Positions 14,541 to 28,547 of a stretch of 64,000 nt of DNA are shown one piece after another. A program made the position numbers and the translations under genes. Numbering within the stretch: position 1 is the stretch's first letter; every line of letters starts with the position of its first letter. Under the pieces are notes generated by a model. The model was not told where the DNA came from. It worked only from the letters and a program-made list of their open reading frames with translations, and searched no databases. The DNA lies in contig OZ024740.1 in assembly GCA_964016885.1 (NCBI GenBank), positions 371,132,001 to 371,196,000 on the forward strand, in the 5' to 3' direction. The DNA is from Eledone cirrhosa (Eukaryota).

Positions 14541-15694
14541 GTGCATGTATGTGTGTGGAGTGTCTGCGATCAAGGACTGGGGAGACGTCAAACATAGTAA
14601 TCAATGTATAGTGGGGTCTCTACCTAAATATATATACACACTCTTGCCTCAAGTGGGAAAACCCCCGTCCAAACCCATGCAAGCGTGGAACACGGACGCT
14701 AAACCTGATGATGATGATGATGATGACACACACATATATATATATACTACCAATATCATCCTCCTCGCTGTTTTACATCCAAGTGTTAAGTGTGTGCATA
14801 TACATATATGTTCTGACCCCATTAATATATATGAGTTGACATGATTCTAGAAGCTCTAAGAGTAAGCTTAAGTAGATATTTTCTTTACAATTTGCTCAGA
14901 TGACTCATGTTTCTTCCAAGTTTAAATCCCACCGTGAGTCAACTTTATATTTCTATTTTTTGTTCATGGTCGATTGAAAAAGTATCAACAAGAGCATCTA
15001 AGTCAATCAATTATATACTGCTTGTCTCATATTAAAAGTATATCTTTCTTCAAAACATCTATAAATGCCCTGCGTATCACCACCACAGTTACCATGGTAC
15101 ATGTGCAGATAAACTGTATAAAGAGACTAGGATTAGCTGGGTGACTTGTATCTGGTTTAGTGACTTGATAATCTGAGTTCAAAACCTCATTAATTGATAT
15201 TACCTAATAATGCCAGAATTTGCCAAACTGATTTTCTTCTTAAATTCATTGATTAGAAAAATTCATCTTATACTAAACATCATAGTTCAAATAATCTTCA
15301 TTACAATCATCATCATTATAGATATGACAACACTTGTAAACAAAACAGTTATTATCAAAGAAATGGGAAGAACCAGAGTAGTCGTTCAATGTGCTAGAAA
15401 TAGCAGCCTCAAATAATGTTCTGGTCTTTGAATAAGAAAGGATCGTCGTGTAGTCCAAAATACACTGAAAACAAGACTTGATGATCACTACTGGAATACT
15501 TTTGTGTATAGGATGACTCAACCATGGCTAATATGGGGTATAAAATATCAACATATCTAATGTACCAAAATAATTTGATTACATTAATAATTATTCACAT
15601 TTACATAGAATTTTTTTTATAAATTAAAAGGACAGAGCTTGAAAGATACGAGATTTAACTTACGATAAAACAACAATAAAAATAATGTACATAC

Positions 15695-15740
15695 CTTCAT
15701 CGGTGAATAAACTCCACAGTTTTGAGAAGAGAAAGCCCAT
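15695..15740 (-). CDS. ARL5: First coding exon of an ADP-ribosylation factor-like GTPase (ARL5-like); remaining exons not found in window
   Basis: Reverse strand reads ATG GGC TTT CTC TTC TCA AAA CTG TGG AGT TTA TTC ACC GAT GAA G|GTATGT = MGFLFSKLWSLFTDE followed by a phase-1 donor. Gly2 myristoylation site and amphipathic helix resemble the ARL5 N-terminus (human ARL5B MGLIFAKLWSLFCNQE, from memory). A candidate acceptor (ccctgtttcag) lies ~35 nt upstream. No GLDNAGKT exon was found in 1-15690. Confidence 0.8.
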
Positions 15741-17149
15741 GTCAGAAGATAGTCAGTCCAGACTTATGTTGGGACTGAAACAGGGACTAAACTCTTAAAG
15801 GGTACTTAATAGTCAATATTGTTTCTAAATGAAATGGCAAACCGTTTTTTAGTCCTCCTTTATTTCATTTTTTTTTCTTTTGTTAATAATTTATAGTATT
15901 TTCTGATAGTTGGAACTATATTTTTTAAATATCACCAGTGTTGTTTTTTGTTGTTTTTTTTACGACTGTTTTATAAGAGGGTGTGTGATAATTATTAAGC
16001 AAAGAGGTACTAAAAAAAAAATGCTTGTTTATATGTCCATACACACAAATTCAATCATCCATGTGAAGCGATTCTATTTATAATGTTGAGCAAATCCTTT
16101 CTCAATATTTAAGGAAAGAAAAACGTCGTGTAAAGAGAGAAATACGTCAACAGGATATTCTTTTTTGTTTTCCTATTCTTTATATTTATACACGGACGTT
16201 GCTGGTTAGTATTAGAAAGGCTATATTATAACTACTACTACTACAACTACATGAGAATTACCCCATTAAGTGGAAATACCCATGAGACAAAATAATATCA
16301 GGGGTTCTTTATATCTATCATCGATACCAAAAAGTCAGTGCAGATTACGTATATTTACATTCCAACAATACAGTCAAAACAGCAAGTATTATCGTTCAAA
16401 CATATACATGTATTATATTATATATATATATACTCATGTTATAAAAAGCCTATACATATATGTTAAATCTAAAGTGATATATTTACAGCTTTTAATTGCC
16501 ACTGATAGTTAACATAACAAAACACTTCACTCTAACAAATCAGTGAATCTGTTTCGAATAACCAAATAAACATAAACTTAAATATATATATATTATATTT
16601 CTATTCTTTTTGAATTGAAAGCAATGAGAGATTATGTTAGTTTATGGCAATATTGTGCTTTTGGGGAAGAATTCTTACAAGAAGCTATCTGGAAGGCGTT
16701 ATTAGGGGTTAGTAAAAACAAAAGCCCCCCCAAAATAAACACAAAAGGAGTGGGATCAATATCAAGTAGGCTGACTTCTTCCTGTCATAGTCACTAGCTT
16801 GTTAATTATGTTCCAGTAGGGCACAACCTCATCATACATGTGAGCTGCAAAAACAAAGAGAAAAGAGAAATATAATACAAAAAAAAAAAAATTTCATATA
16901 TATATATATATATATACAGTGTTATTAGATGTATTGTTAAAGGGAAACTGATGAGCGCGTGTGTGTTAACTGAATAACTGGATCGTATTAAAAGATTCGT
17001 TTGTGCGAATGTATGTATGCAAGAAATGTTAAATAATGTGAAATTCAACCAATAAACAATTACTGAAAACACAAATCCTCACATGTAAAAAAAAATAATA
17101 CTTTCTTACTTTTTATATATCTTGTTTGTAGAGAAAATTATGCACACAC

Positions 17150-17215
<66 letters not shown>

Positions 17216-17768
17216 AGCGAGGCAGATGACAAAGGAAAGATAACCTTTATAATAATACACCACTATACCTGTAAACACAACATATGTTATAAGCGTGCCA
17301 AAGTGGGAGCCTTCATACGACCGATCTACCTGCTGCAAATTGCATCTAAAACGTCGTAGGAAAAGGAAAGGATAAGGTTGCCCTAAATACTCCTATAAAG
17401 AAGAGGTGATCATAACAGGAATGTCTTTAATCATAGGTCTACTCAATCGGGATAGATTGCGTGCTAAACAATATGTTATAAGTGTGTGTGCGCGTATGTG
17501 TCAGCAATACAAATCGTATCAACAGTTAATCGCAATGTGATAACGTGGATCAGTACGAAGTGACCCAAAGAACAATTGTTTAAAGCCAACAAATCGTCTC
17601 AGTAATTACTGTAGATAAAAAAAAAAAAAGAGTGAGGTATGCCTTTTGAGAGAATCATATTTTCCTCTTTATTAAAATACACGAACTATTGTTATTCAAC
17701 GCATCATTCGTTCTGGCATCTCCAACCTAGTTGCTGACACTATGCAGTATATTTCACATGTTCGTGCG

Positions 17769-17799
<31 letters not shown>

Positions 17800-18044
17800 G
17801 TCTAGTCCCTGAAAGTAGTTGGTTTTAATGTCAACGAGTGCATTATATGCACATACATACATACATACATGTGTATATATATTATATATACATATATATA
17901 TATATACACACGCACATATATATATATATACAATTATACTCATGCATATGATTACTGTGATAAACAGGCGAAACTCCAGAGTAACAAGACTCACTATTTA
18001 GCCATAATAAAATGAATATATATATATACACACACATATATATA

Positions 18045-18126
18045 TTATCCCCCAAAAATGTATATACACTTCAACAAAATTCTAATTGATGTGTGTATAC
18101 ATTTTTTTTTTGGGGGGGGGACACCC

Positions 18127-18130
<4 letters not shown>
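18045..18130. mobile_element. Tc1/mariner-type MITE remnant in a (TA)n tract
   Basis: Right end reads TACAGGGTGTCCCCC..AAAATGTATACACA in reverse, with a partial inverted copy CCCCCAAAAATGTATATACAC at the left. Confidence 0.5.
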
Positions 18131-18183
<53 letters not shown>

Positions 18184-18214
18184 CTATATAGACATGCATA
18201 TAAATACACACACA

Positions 18215-18246
<32 letters not shown>

Positions 18247-19305
18247 CTCACACACAACCATCAAAACGTGAATGATCATATCAAGTTTAATGCGACACCG
18301 TGGAGCCTCTAGTTGGTCATTCGATATGTTAGAAATACAAGCTAAATCTTTCAGAAAACCTGGTTATCGTTTTGAAAAGATAAAAGGTAGGTTAGAGATA
18401 CTGATTAATATAGTCTAAAACAAAATGGAATAGTCACGCTTAGAATAAATGTCTGATCAGAAACGGGCCTACTCGATCAGGGCTGACCTTGTGACTAAAC
18501 AGTTTATAATCCAAGAAACTCAAAAGTTAAATAAAAACTGAAAAAAGATGGGGAAACACCTAGGGAAGAATTGTTTCAAAATTATGTATTTAATTCTTTA
18601 CTCGGTGACTAATTATTAGTTTCTGCTTTTCCATAAACGGGAAAAAAAAATACCCAGAGGTAGATTTCAACAAGAGGAACTTGTATTTGACATTGTCCAA
18701 TGTGTCAATACGGTTTTTTTTTCACTCTATAATATATAAACAAATGCATACAATCGACACCAACGAACATAGAACATTAATTTATAATGTTTCTTAAATT
18801 TCTATAGACGTTACAAATGTTCTCATGGGCTATCAATAAGTCTGTCAGATATCTGTTGACATATTGAAATTAAAACCCGATAAATAAAAATAAAATAGAT
18901 TTTTAGGGGTCATAAACGGGTTTAAGTTTTCGATACTGAATCTTAAAGGGGGGTTGGGGGTGTGCCTAGGAATAGAGTATGCAGCTATGTGGCAAAAATA
19001 TCTTTTTCAGAACGAATTCAACGACCATATAATTTTAGGGTGTGCTCTTATTTCCGTGCTTGTTTAGGTACGATGTCAAAATACTAATGATTACGAGATA
19101 GTTTAGATTATTTTAATATCATTTTCAGCATGTATTTGTCTTCTGGAGATTATACACACACGTATATATATATATATACATATATAATGTGTGTGCGACT
19201 TTTCTAAATTCGGATGTTATATTTAGTATGAGATTTGAATCTAGTCAAGTCAATTTATGTATCTACATACCGGTAAGATGCACAAAATCAAAAAAATCCA
19301 CTCAC

Positions 19306-19632
19306 CACATATAATTTTTATGATTCCAGTTGTAGAAGAAAAAAAAGAGTAATAACGTAAAGAAGCAAAGTATGCAATAAATATTGTAGATATTTCTTCT
19401 TTTTTTAATATATTTTAAAGTATTATTAATTCTCGGTTGCGTTGACAGTAGTGAGCGGTGAATTGTCTACACGAATAATAAATCCATATAGCACGCGGCC
19501 GTGAGAAAATAGATGAAATGTGGTGACCAGGCCTACCAACTATACGGTGAGTTGGATACTAGCCACCATAACATCATAGTGATAGTGTCGGGCCGACAGC
19601 TGTAACAAAATTTACGGAAGTCCAAATATGAC
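19306..19632 (-). promoter_or_regulatory. Candidate promoter and non-coding first exon for the ARL5-like gene
   Basis: CpG-retaining non-repeat segment with ETS-like CGGAAGT (~19615) next to a YY1-like AAATATGACG. A minus-strand donor TG|GTGAGT lies at 19305. Motif evidence only. Confidence 0.35.
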
Positions 19633-20869
19633 GAAAACAACGAGAACACGTCAACAACCGGTGTAATAGCAATCGAAAATCACAGTTCAATATTACTCCA
19701 GCTAAATTAATCTTAGTCACGTCCCTTTCCGATCTGCGTTCAGACTCAGTTGGAGTTGACTTTACCTTTCATTTTTTCAGGATTCATGAAAAATATCAAT
19801 TGTATTCTGACTTGCCGACTCTACACTGATCCCACCACCGAGTATTTTTTAGCTTTGTTTCTATGTTTAAAACAAACAATACATTAGGAATGCTACTGAC
19901 ATCCCTTCACTAAATTTAAAGCTGAATTAAGAAACTATATCTAAATATAAATATTTAAGTCACACTTAGAAGAGATACCAGCATTATTTTCTAACAGCTG
20001 ACGATATCTTTAGTTAATTCAGCTAAACCTAATGCATTTTGTTCTTACTAACATGCGTATCTGTATTTAATTTCGAATATACTCCCTATGTTCAGTTAAC
20101 TTTAATGATGAATTTTCCAAAATACATTTATTTATAATTGCTAGCAACAGATCAAACAAAGCCATATTATTTTACACATTCGTGCGTTTTACACTCGAAA
20201 TGTTATATTTTAAAACTATAACAAATGCCAACAATTTATAAATACATTAACACCACATTTATTTCAGTGTTCCAGATGTGTGCAGCCTGGCTGCTATGCA
20301 AGCATAGTTGACAGTTGCTTGTCTATTGAGAGCGGGAGATTCAAAATTTATTATGATTACTTCAGTAGTTTTATCATCAGTTTGTTTTCTCTATAAGAGA
20401 TGAATAATTGAGTTGTTGATTATTGCTTGGTATTGTATGTAATAATGAAATGTGTATAGAGTACAAACGTATGGGGGTATTTGATTTAGGAGAGCAGAAG
20501 AGTTGATCTGTATGAGAAATTTATTCTCAAACCGGCCACCAAAGATCTTTTTATCAATCGACGATATTAACTCAAATCACATAATAAGCAAATTAAAAGA
20601 AATATTTTCTGCCTTCCTTAGCCACAAGAATATGAATCATTTGGTAAACATTTTTTCGTTCTCTGTTAAGTATTGCCAGACTGTTTAGGAGCATTTAACT
20701 CAGTACCTCACAGATATACCTTTGTAGAATACACTCATCCTACTATCCCGAAACAAACATGTCACAAAGTCGGCTAGTGTCTTCAGCTCGAATCAGCAAC
20801 GAATTGGATTTTTGAGAATAAATTAAAAAAAATTAAATAAAGCGCATTTTTTTGTTTTGTTTTATTGGT

Positions 20870-21240
20870 CGACAGGGCACCTAAAACAGTCCATCTTTGG
20901 ATATAAATCTTCCCCCAGCGTCTCTGGTTGCAGTCCCTTGTCATCTTTTTCATGGAGTTCAGCTTTAACTATTTTTCCTTGGTGTTTCTTTTCTGCACAT
21001 TCCTTCCACTTGGATCTCTTGGCAACTGTCCTTAATACGCATATGTCCATACCATCACCCTTTACTTTCTTGCACACTGCATCTGATTCCTCTTATACCC
21101 AGTGTTTTTTGTTGTTTTTCTCCCTCAACTCTTTTGGGCTCTGTCATTCATGTACACTAAAATCACTTATGCAGTGGATTATGGTCGTTTCATTTCGTTC
21201 CTGTATCCTCCGCTTTCAGTGTCAATGTTTCACAAGCTTA
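20870..21240 (-). mobile_element. Degenerate 3' fragment of an RTE-like LINE
   Basis: Remnants of the C-terminal LRWYGHxxR and GRPRK region (GDGMDICVLR...), ending in an RTE-like 3' UTR. Confidence 0.5.
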
Positions 21241-21541
21241 TAACATTGCACTGTAACTATGACCTAATCCTGTAGTGAACTAGCGTTTTGTACTCTCAGT
21301 GCCTTAGCACTAATAAGACCGGCTCGGTGAGCTTCTGGACTTGGAACAGACAACTATTTTTTTTTTTTATTATTAAATCGTCAGGGTATAGTTGTTTGAA
21401 TATTCTACTAGCGCCAGTGAAACTAGAAACTGGTAAATATGTGTCGCTTGGGTTTTTATAATTACTATTTTTGTTATTCTTAGGTCCGCTTTGATTGAGA
21501 TTTCTATCCTTGATTATCACGTATTTCTGTATAACAATGAC

Positions 21542-21707
21542 CAGTGCTGGATTTGCCATTGTGCTTAGGTGTGCTTAAGCATAAGGCCCCGTTGGCCAGG
21601 GGAACCCATTTTCCTGCTAAAACAATTTTTTTACCAGGCCTACCTCCTTCAGAGCCCAAGTAAGGGGCCTCATAACTTAAATAGCACAGGGCCTAAATCC
21701 GGCACTG
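21542..21707. mobile_element. hAT-type MITE
   Basis: TIRs CAGTGCTGGATTT and AAATCCGGCACTG. 8-bp TSD ACAATGAC / ACAATGAT (7 of 8 match). Confidence 0.8.
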
Positions 21708-22899
21708 ACAATGATAACATTGCCTATGTCATTTCTATTTTAAGATGCAAGAGTAATTTTTAAAGAGATTAGGTTTCTAATTCTAACAGGTCAAGTCACC
21801 TCATAGGGGCTCCCTAGTTGGTTCATGTTTATAACTATTTATTATTTCAAATAAATATCAACTATATAGTTACAAAAGCTAATAATTAAGTTATAATTAA
21901 TTATCTAATCGATTCAATGTAACATTTGAATCTAATTCACAAACTCATCATTGTCCTTAAGGAAGAGGTCATATGCTTGAAATCCTAAATTTTAGAATAG
22001 CGTGTAGCCACAACAAAGATGGGATGAGCAGAAATAGAATGCTCCTCAAGAGGTTGCTTCCGTTATATAAGTCTGTCTATTTGAACATAGCTCTACTCAA
22101 CAATTACATTTTTATGTGAGAGGAATCATTCGGCCGGTACATCTCGTTTTCCTTTCTGAAATATTATATTCACTATTAATTTATCCTATGTATTTAGCAA
22201 TTTTTAAGACGGTAGAATAGTATTTGATGGAGATTTCACTGCACGTTATTGCATGTCTAGCAACCGCGTTGCACCTTATCGGTCTACCAACTGTCCATGT
22301 GTCATTAGCCTGCTCCATCTGAGTTGATCTGTGGCTACACAACTATTCATATCAGTACAACCCTCATTTACATACGTATAAACATATATACACGAGCTGT
22401 ACGTAATTACTCGACCTTCTAGAATTAACAACCAAATCACCGTCCCCCACAATCTTAAAGATGAAGAACAGGTTAGATAATGCGGGCATGGGTTCACTGT
22501 CTCTAGCAAAAAATCAGGATGGTCGCGACTTGTCTTTTCTATCAAAGTTGATAGAAAAGCGCATGTGTTAAATAGTTGACAATTTAAAAAAATAAATATT
22601 AGTTTTAAAAGCTTAACTACAGTCACACACCCCCCCCCCCCCATCATATCACCACAACAACCTGCGGTTCTCAGTATATCATATGTGAGTGTAATTATGT
22701 CAGTACCATCAAGTCAATGGCTTTCTCTTCCTTTTGCCTTACTCTGTTACTTCCCCCTTCCCTTCAACATTCTTCTCTCTCTTTCATCGTTCTCACATTT
22801 CATCAAAACTGTTTCTCTCTATTTTACCCTCCACCCAACCCGCTACATACATACAAACATGCAACAACAACAAAAGTAATAATTTTGTTTATTGTTACA

Positions 22900-23215
22900 A
22901 TAATTGTTTCTACTTTTATCACAAGGCCAGCAATTACCCAGTGCATATTGGTACGTTATTTTATCGACCCCGTAAGGATGAAAGCAATGTTAACATCGAC
23001 GGGATTTGAACTCAGACCTTAAAGGGACGTAACTATGCTAGAAAGCATGGCGTCCGACCTTCTACCGATACTGCCAATTCACCGCCCTTAGAATAATTGT
23101 TTCTACTTTAGGCACAAGGCCAGCAATTACCCAGTGCATTACTGGTACTTTATTTTATCGACCCCGTAAGGATGAAAGGCAAAGTCAACCTCGGCGGGAT
23201 TTGAACTCAGATCGT
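22900..23215 (-). mobile_element. Two tandem SINE family B copies
   Basis: Two successive copies of the SINE-B body (~22900-23090 and ~23093-23215). Confidence 0.85.
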
Positions 23216-23236
23216 AAAATAATACCAGTCAGTTAT

Positions 23237-23411
23237 CAGACCTGCCAAACTCCAAAAACCCAAACGGGGAGTATCATGAAAAAAAGTGCCCCAAAATGGG
23301 GAGATTTTACATAGTGAAAGCTTTACACATTTTCGTAAGACAAGACATCTCTCATTCACCCTAAAGTGGTTGGGAGATCTCCCCGTCCGACGGGGAGAGT
23401 TGACAGGCCTG
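23237..23411. mobile_element. MITE (hAT- or P-like)
   Basis: Imperfect TIRs CAGACCTGCCAA and TTGACAGGCCTG. Flanks are CAGTTAT and CAGTTGT. Confidence 0.6.
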
Positions 23412-23419
23412 CAGTTGTT

Positions 23420-24740
23420 CTTATATGGGTGCCAATCGGATACAGATTAGGAAAAGAGAGGAACAACTTTTATTGTTTATGGATGATTTAAAACTATACA
23501 GTCGTAATGTAGAAGAGCTAGTCACCTTAGTACAAACAGTCAGAGTAATTTCCGAAGACATTGGGATGTAGTTTAGCATGTCTAAGTGTGCGATGATAGA
23601 GATGAATTATGGGAAGATGGTAAGGTGTGTTGGAATCAAACTGCCAAACTATGAAAGAATCAAGTCACTGGAAACAGGAACCATAATAAACATCTAGGTG
23701 TGCTACAAAGTCATAAAATAAAATAATTAAAGAAATTGTCCGAAAAGAGTACTTTCGATGATTGAGGACGATCATCAAGTACAGTTTCAATTGTAGAAAT
23801 ACTGTGCAGGCAATAAACGCCAGAGCTGATTCAATAATTAGGTACAGTGTGGGTATAGTAGAATGTACGAAAGTAGAAGAAAATTGATTGGAAACTAGGT
23901 TGTATTGGAAAAGAAAGAAGTGGGTAGGGCATTACTGAGTGTATAGGATGCTGTCAAAATAGAAGAAAGCTGTGTAGAAACTGCAGCGTAAGATCAAGCC
24001 ATAAGAACAAGGTGGGTAATGAAAAACAGATACGGAAGTTGTTGAAGCTGAATACAGAATTTGTGGGGAGAAAGCAGAGACAGTTGCTCATATGGTTTCT
24101 GGGTGTAAGTAGTTAGCCAAAATGATTACAAAAAAGGCCGATATGATAAGGTGGCTACCATGTTTCACTGGAGCTTGTATAAAAAGTATGGATTTTTTTT
24201 CATGCGCAGAAAAAACTATGAACGTGGTGTTATAAATGAGATGGGAGTGCTAGAGAATGATGGGATAAAGCTCTTATGAAATTTTCCAATTCAGACCAAG
24301 GTGAAGATTGAGCACAACAAACTAGATATTGTCGTGATTGAGAAGGAAAGAACCTATACTCGAATAAATGTAGTGTGTCCTTTTGACACCAGAATTGAAC
24401 GAAAAGAGCATAAAATGGGTGACTATACCGACTTAAAATATGAGATCTTGAAATACTGGAGTAATGAAATGAAGACAGTCACCATTGTACCAGTGGTGGT
24501 TGGTGCTCTTGGAATGGTGGCAAAGAACCTTGAGACCTACCTATCGAAGATAAACTTTGCTCCGGGGATCAGCTCGAATATTGAGAAAGGTTCTTGACTA
24601 TCAGCAGTAGTAAAAGGACAAAGGATATGAAAAGGTTGGAGTTACCTTAAACTACTAGTTATAGCCCGGTATTCCTTAAAATAACAGGTCAAAAGCAACA
24701 TCAAAGTTCGTCGTGATAAATAGTCAAATAATAATAATTT
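23420..24740 (+). mobile_element. Degenerate R4/Dong-like non-LTR retrotransposon (RT 3' half, CCHC knuckle, RLE endonuclease)
   Basis: LLFMDDLKLY, FSMSKCA, YRICGEKAETVAHMVSGC (decayed knuckle) and KIEHNKLDIVVIEKE...VCPFD...VPVVVGALG (PD-D/ExK-type RLE). Ends in (TAA)n. Confidence 0.8.
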
Positions 24741-25255
24741 AGACACAAACCGGCAATTTGAGGAAGGAAGAAATCGATTAAATTTTTCCTGGTGACTAGT
24801 ACTTTATTTAATCGACCCCAGAAAAGTGAAAGACAAAGTTGGTTTGATTAGTTGATCCAAGTGGAAAATCCACGGCTTAATTAGAAACAACCACAAAGTT
24901 TACAAGTGATACATATTAATCGAATAAATTTAACAAATAATGGAAACTTCCAAAATGGAATATTTTATTCATTTATAATTTAAGGATTTAACAATATTAC
25001 CACCCTCCTTTCAGTGTCACCAAAGTCTTTCAGTTTCAGCTATCTCTCTCACACATACTATCTTACCATCCACTTTCCACAAAGACGCGATATAAAAAAA
25101 AAAGGTTTTCCTACTGTCACCAACACCACTACCGCTGCTCTCTTTTTACTTTCTTTCTCTCTCTATCACACACATACTCAACATTTTCTTTCCCCAGAGC
25201 GACCGACAATTTACACCACATGCGATCTATTGTTAGCACTTTCATATAATAAATA

Positions 25256-25445
25256 ATAATTGTTTCTACTTTTGGCACAAGGTCAGCAATTACCCAGTAC
25301 ATTACTGGTACTTTATTTTATCGACCCCGTAAGGATGAAAGGCAAAGTTGACCTTGGCGGCATTTGAACTCAGAATGGAAAGGGTTGTAACTCTATGCGT
25401 CAAAGCATGACGTCCGACCCTCTACCGATACTGCCAATCCACCAT
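25256..25445 (-). mobile_element. SINE family B
   Basis: Full SINE-B body in reverse. Confidence 0.85.
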
Positions 25446-27329
25446 AAATAGTAATGTTTTCGAATTTAGGCAATAGGTGAGCAATTTGTGAGGAGCAAGG
25501 AAAGTTGATTATATCGACTACAGTACTTGACTGATACTTGATTTGATCAACCACTAGAAGGATGAAAAACAAAGTTGACCTCGACGATAAAACTCTGCTA
25601 CGTCACCACCCTATCGCATTTTTGTTATTGCTTCGTTGGTATCTTAGTGGTCGCGAGAATCTCTATGTGGTCTCTTAATTTGCTAGAAATAGCAACCAAA
25701 GCACCATTGTGAGGTAGGAGGTAGAGCGAAAACATGCTAAACGGTGTCGGGGAAGTTGACGCACAAGGCTGTCCGATGTCTCGTCGCACTGGATTGCGTC
25801 CCATTTGTTAAGGGGAAGGCTACAGAGAGGTGGGGGTGCGTCCAAAGAACTGTGGCCGAGCTGATTCCAGGTCTCGTAGGACGCGTCTCGTTCCCTTACC
25901 ACAGTAGGTTCTGTTGTTTTGTGGAGAACTTTATTGATAAGGACACGACAGGAGGTCACCGACGAAAGAAATGCGGGCAAAGTCAAGTCAGTGAGACTGG
26001 GGACGGGAGGCCAAGGCCACCATATCTGACGGGTAAGGTAACCTATTGCCATTCGATTTCATCAAACTGGACAGGTACAGGCGTCAAAATCTATGAGGAG
26101 AAATGCGTGGTTTTACGGGTGTGGCAAGTTTCGGCATGGCGAAGAAGTTCCTCAACAGGAAAAAGGCCGGCTGTACATCGATTAGATTGTCTGCTCATAA
26201 GTGTTTTCAACTGGTGAAGCCTGGACCTCATGGTCGATCGCGTGATAGGCAGGAAGATCGGCAAATCGAGGATGAGAACGTCTGCTTCGAGGTCACCTGC
26301 AGCTGGTGGAGTATTGATCACACATCCGAGATAGAGGCTTCGAAGCCCTCTGCGTCATAATTGACATTCACGGCCTTCGATTTAGATGAGTTGATCTCAC
26401 GGCTGATCCTCGTTAGAGCTAAGATCGCGGCAGACAGTCTCAACGAGCCTACATATCATTTCGTCATCCAGGTATCAGACGTTGAATGGAGTAGTGATGC
26501 TTTTGGAAACGTATACCTCGAAAGTGAAGAGGGGGCTTAATAGATCGCCCTGTTTGAAAGCTGGTGGGGCTAGATTTAACTTTATCCGCGGTGATGAGCA
26601 TATTCGATGACCCCTAAGACAAATAAACCAATAAATAGGGGACAGGGCACGGCTGAAACAAGCGTCGAACACGTGGCTGCGGCGCAAATAGTTGAAGGCA
26701 TTTCTCATTTGAAGCTTGACAATAAGATGCCTGGGTAGTCGTTGAAGAACTGCCTAGCAGCATGTATGGCCCCCTCATACTCGCCGGATACGCTGATCCC
26801 TAGCTGCACCGGGCTTAGTTCCTCTCCTAGTTCAGAAGCAATTGATCAGATGACTTTGGCAGTCAGCCTTCTAAAGACATTGTTCACACTAATAGGGCGT
26901 CTTTCTTCCTAAGAGCTGTCAGGTTTGCTGAAAAGAAGACATCTCATGAATAAGGATTCAGGGCACCATTAATGAGCTTGTTATTGAGTGCCACATTTTC
27001 GCTCAGTAGACGGATTCTTGGCCTCAGAAATGAGGGGAGACAAACATCTTTGAAGCGGCCGGGTCAGAAACCATCTGCATCTGGTGTTAGTAGAAAAAGG
27101 TTCCATGTAAGAGACAGCGTGTAACTCGGGATGCTTGAGCCGAAGGGTGGCCAGGAACACTTCTGTTGGATAGATGACAGTGTCGTTTGAGGTGGTTACT
27201 CTGACAGCGACTGAGACATCATCCGCGATTAGTCTAGCATTTATACGGTCGCGTAAGCGCTTTGAACTAGCATCAAAAATAGATGACTGCGGGCGCGTGT
27301 ACGAGCAAAGCGTAGCGCGGTCAGACACA

Positions 27330-27727
27330 TATAGCGAGGGTTTTTGATGGTTGTGTTGGTTGGTGATTGTTTTGGTGTTGATTCGTTTGTTGGGTGTGTA
27401 CTCACTTGTAGCTTGCGTGTCGTGTGGTCACTGTTGTGTGATACAGTGTGACCAGAAGTTGCATGTGTGCAGGTAAGTGAGTAAGTATTAAATAAGATGC
27501 TGATGACAGGATAGTTCCTTGATCACGCAGCAAATGAATATATATAAATAAACTACGATAACCCCAAACCGCTATATTATTAATTTATTGAAAATAGCTC
27601 ACGCCGAAGCTATACGAAAAATACACAAGAATTATGGACGTCATTTGTTTGTTTGTAAAAGTTGAATTAAATTGTATTTACCAAGAAAACTTCATGAACT
27701 TCACTGGCTTGGTTAAGAGAGAGGCCA

Positions 27728-27780
<53 letters not shown>

Positions 27781-27967
27781 GTATAGGATTATCCTAGATG
27801 CAGTAATGGTTGATACAGTGGTCACAGCATTTGATATTTGAGTTTTGCAAATAGTTGTAAATTTGCACATAGCATAACTAGGCTGTATAACCACCGTGGA
27901 AACATTTGTAAGCACACGGAATAAATTACCTTTTTATGATGTCTACCTGTTATTATTCATTCTTTAG

Positions 27968-28003
<36 letters not shown>

Positions 28004-28227
28004 TCTGAAAGACCCCAAGGGGTCTGTAGAAAGTTCACATCAAGAACCGCTTCGAACTGCTTCCTGGTTGATCTAAGCAGGCTATTTATCCATGTCGCTC
28101 CCTCTGTCCCCAAAGTCTTGGGAACAAAGGGCTGACCTTTAGAGGTCGTCCACTCTCAGACTTATTGGCCCAGAAAATGACCGTTAAATGTCACCTAGGG
28201 GTCAAGGTGTCGACAAATTTCGCTACA
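27330..28227 (-). mobile_element. Solo LTR (Gypsy-like) with internal microsatellite or secondary insertion
   Basis: Termini TATAGCGAG... and ...TTCGCTACA (decayed TG..CA inverted ends) with a 4-bp TSD CACA. The right part is homologous to the LTR at 52738-53220. Confidence 0.7.
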
Positions 28228-28547
28228 CACATGCTGGATGAGTGCATGTCCGAAGTATGAAGTGTTGGTCTTGACTAAAGCCGTTGACACACAGGCTGCC
28301 TCGATCGGCGTCAGTGTTGGTGAGACCGATGGTAATTGGAATGAAATAGAAAATACACTCCCAGTCACTAGGTTGATTGGAGTTCAAGGCCCTCGCGATT
28401 TAATGTGCGAAGACATCCGCTACTGGGCTGCTTTAGGGATTTTTAGAGGACACTCTGAAGGTGTCTGAGTCGAGCGATGTTGGCCAGCGAGGCTTGATCA
28501 AACAAGCTCGCTGTCTTGTTGAGAAGAAGAAGCTATGGCATCACCAC

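Noticed and set aside
12334-18312. Numerous ORFs rich in YI, CV and TH repeats
   Set aside because: They are translations of (TA)n, (TG)n and (CA)n microsatellites.
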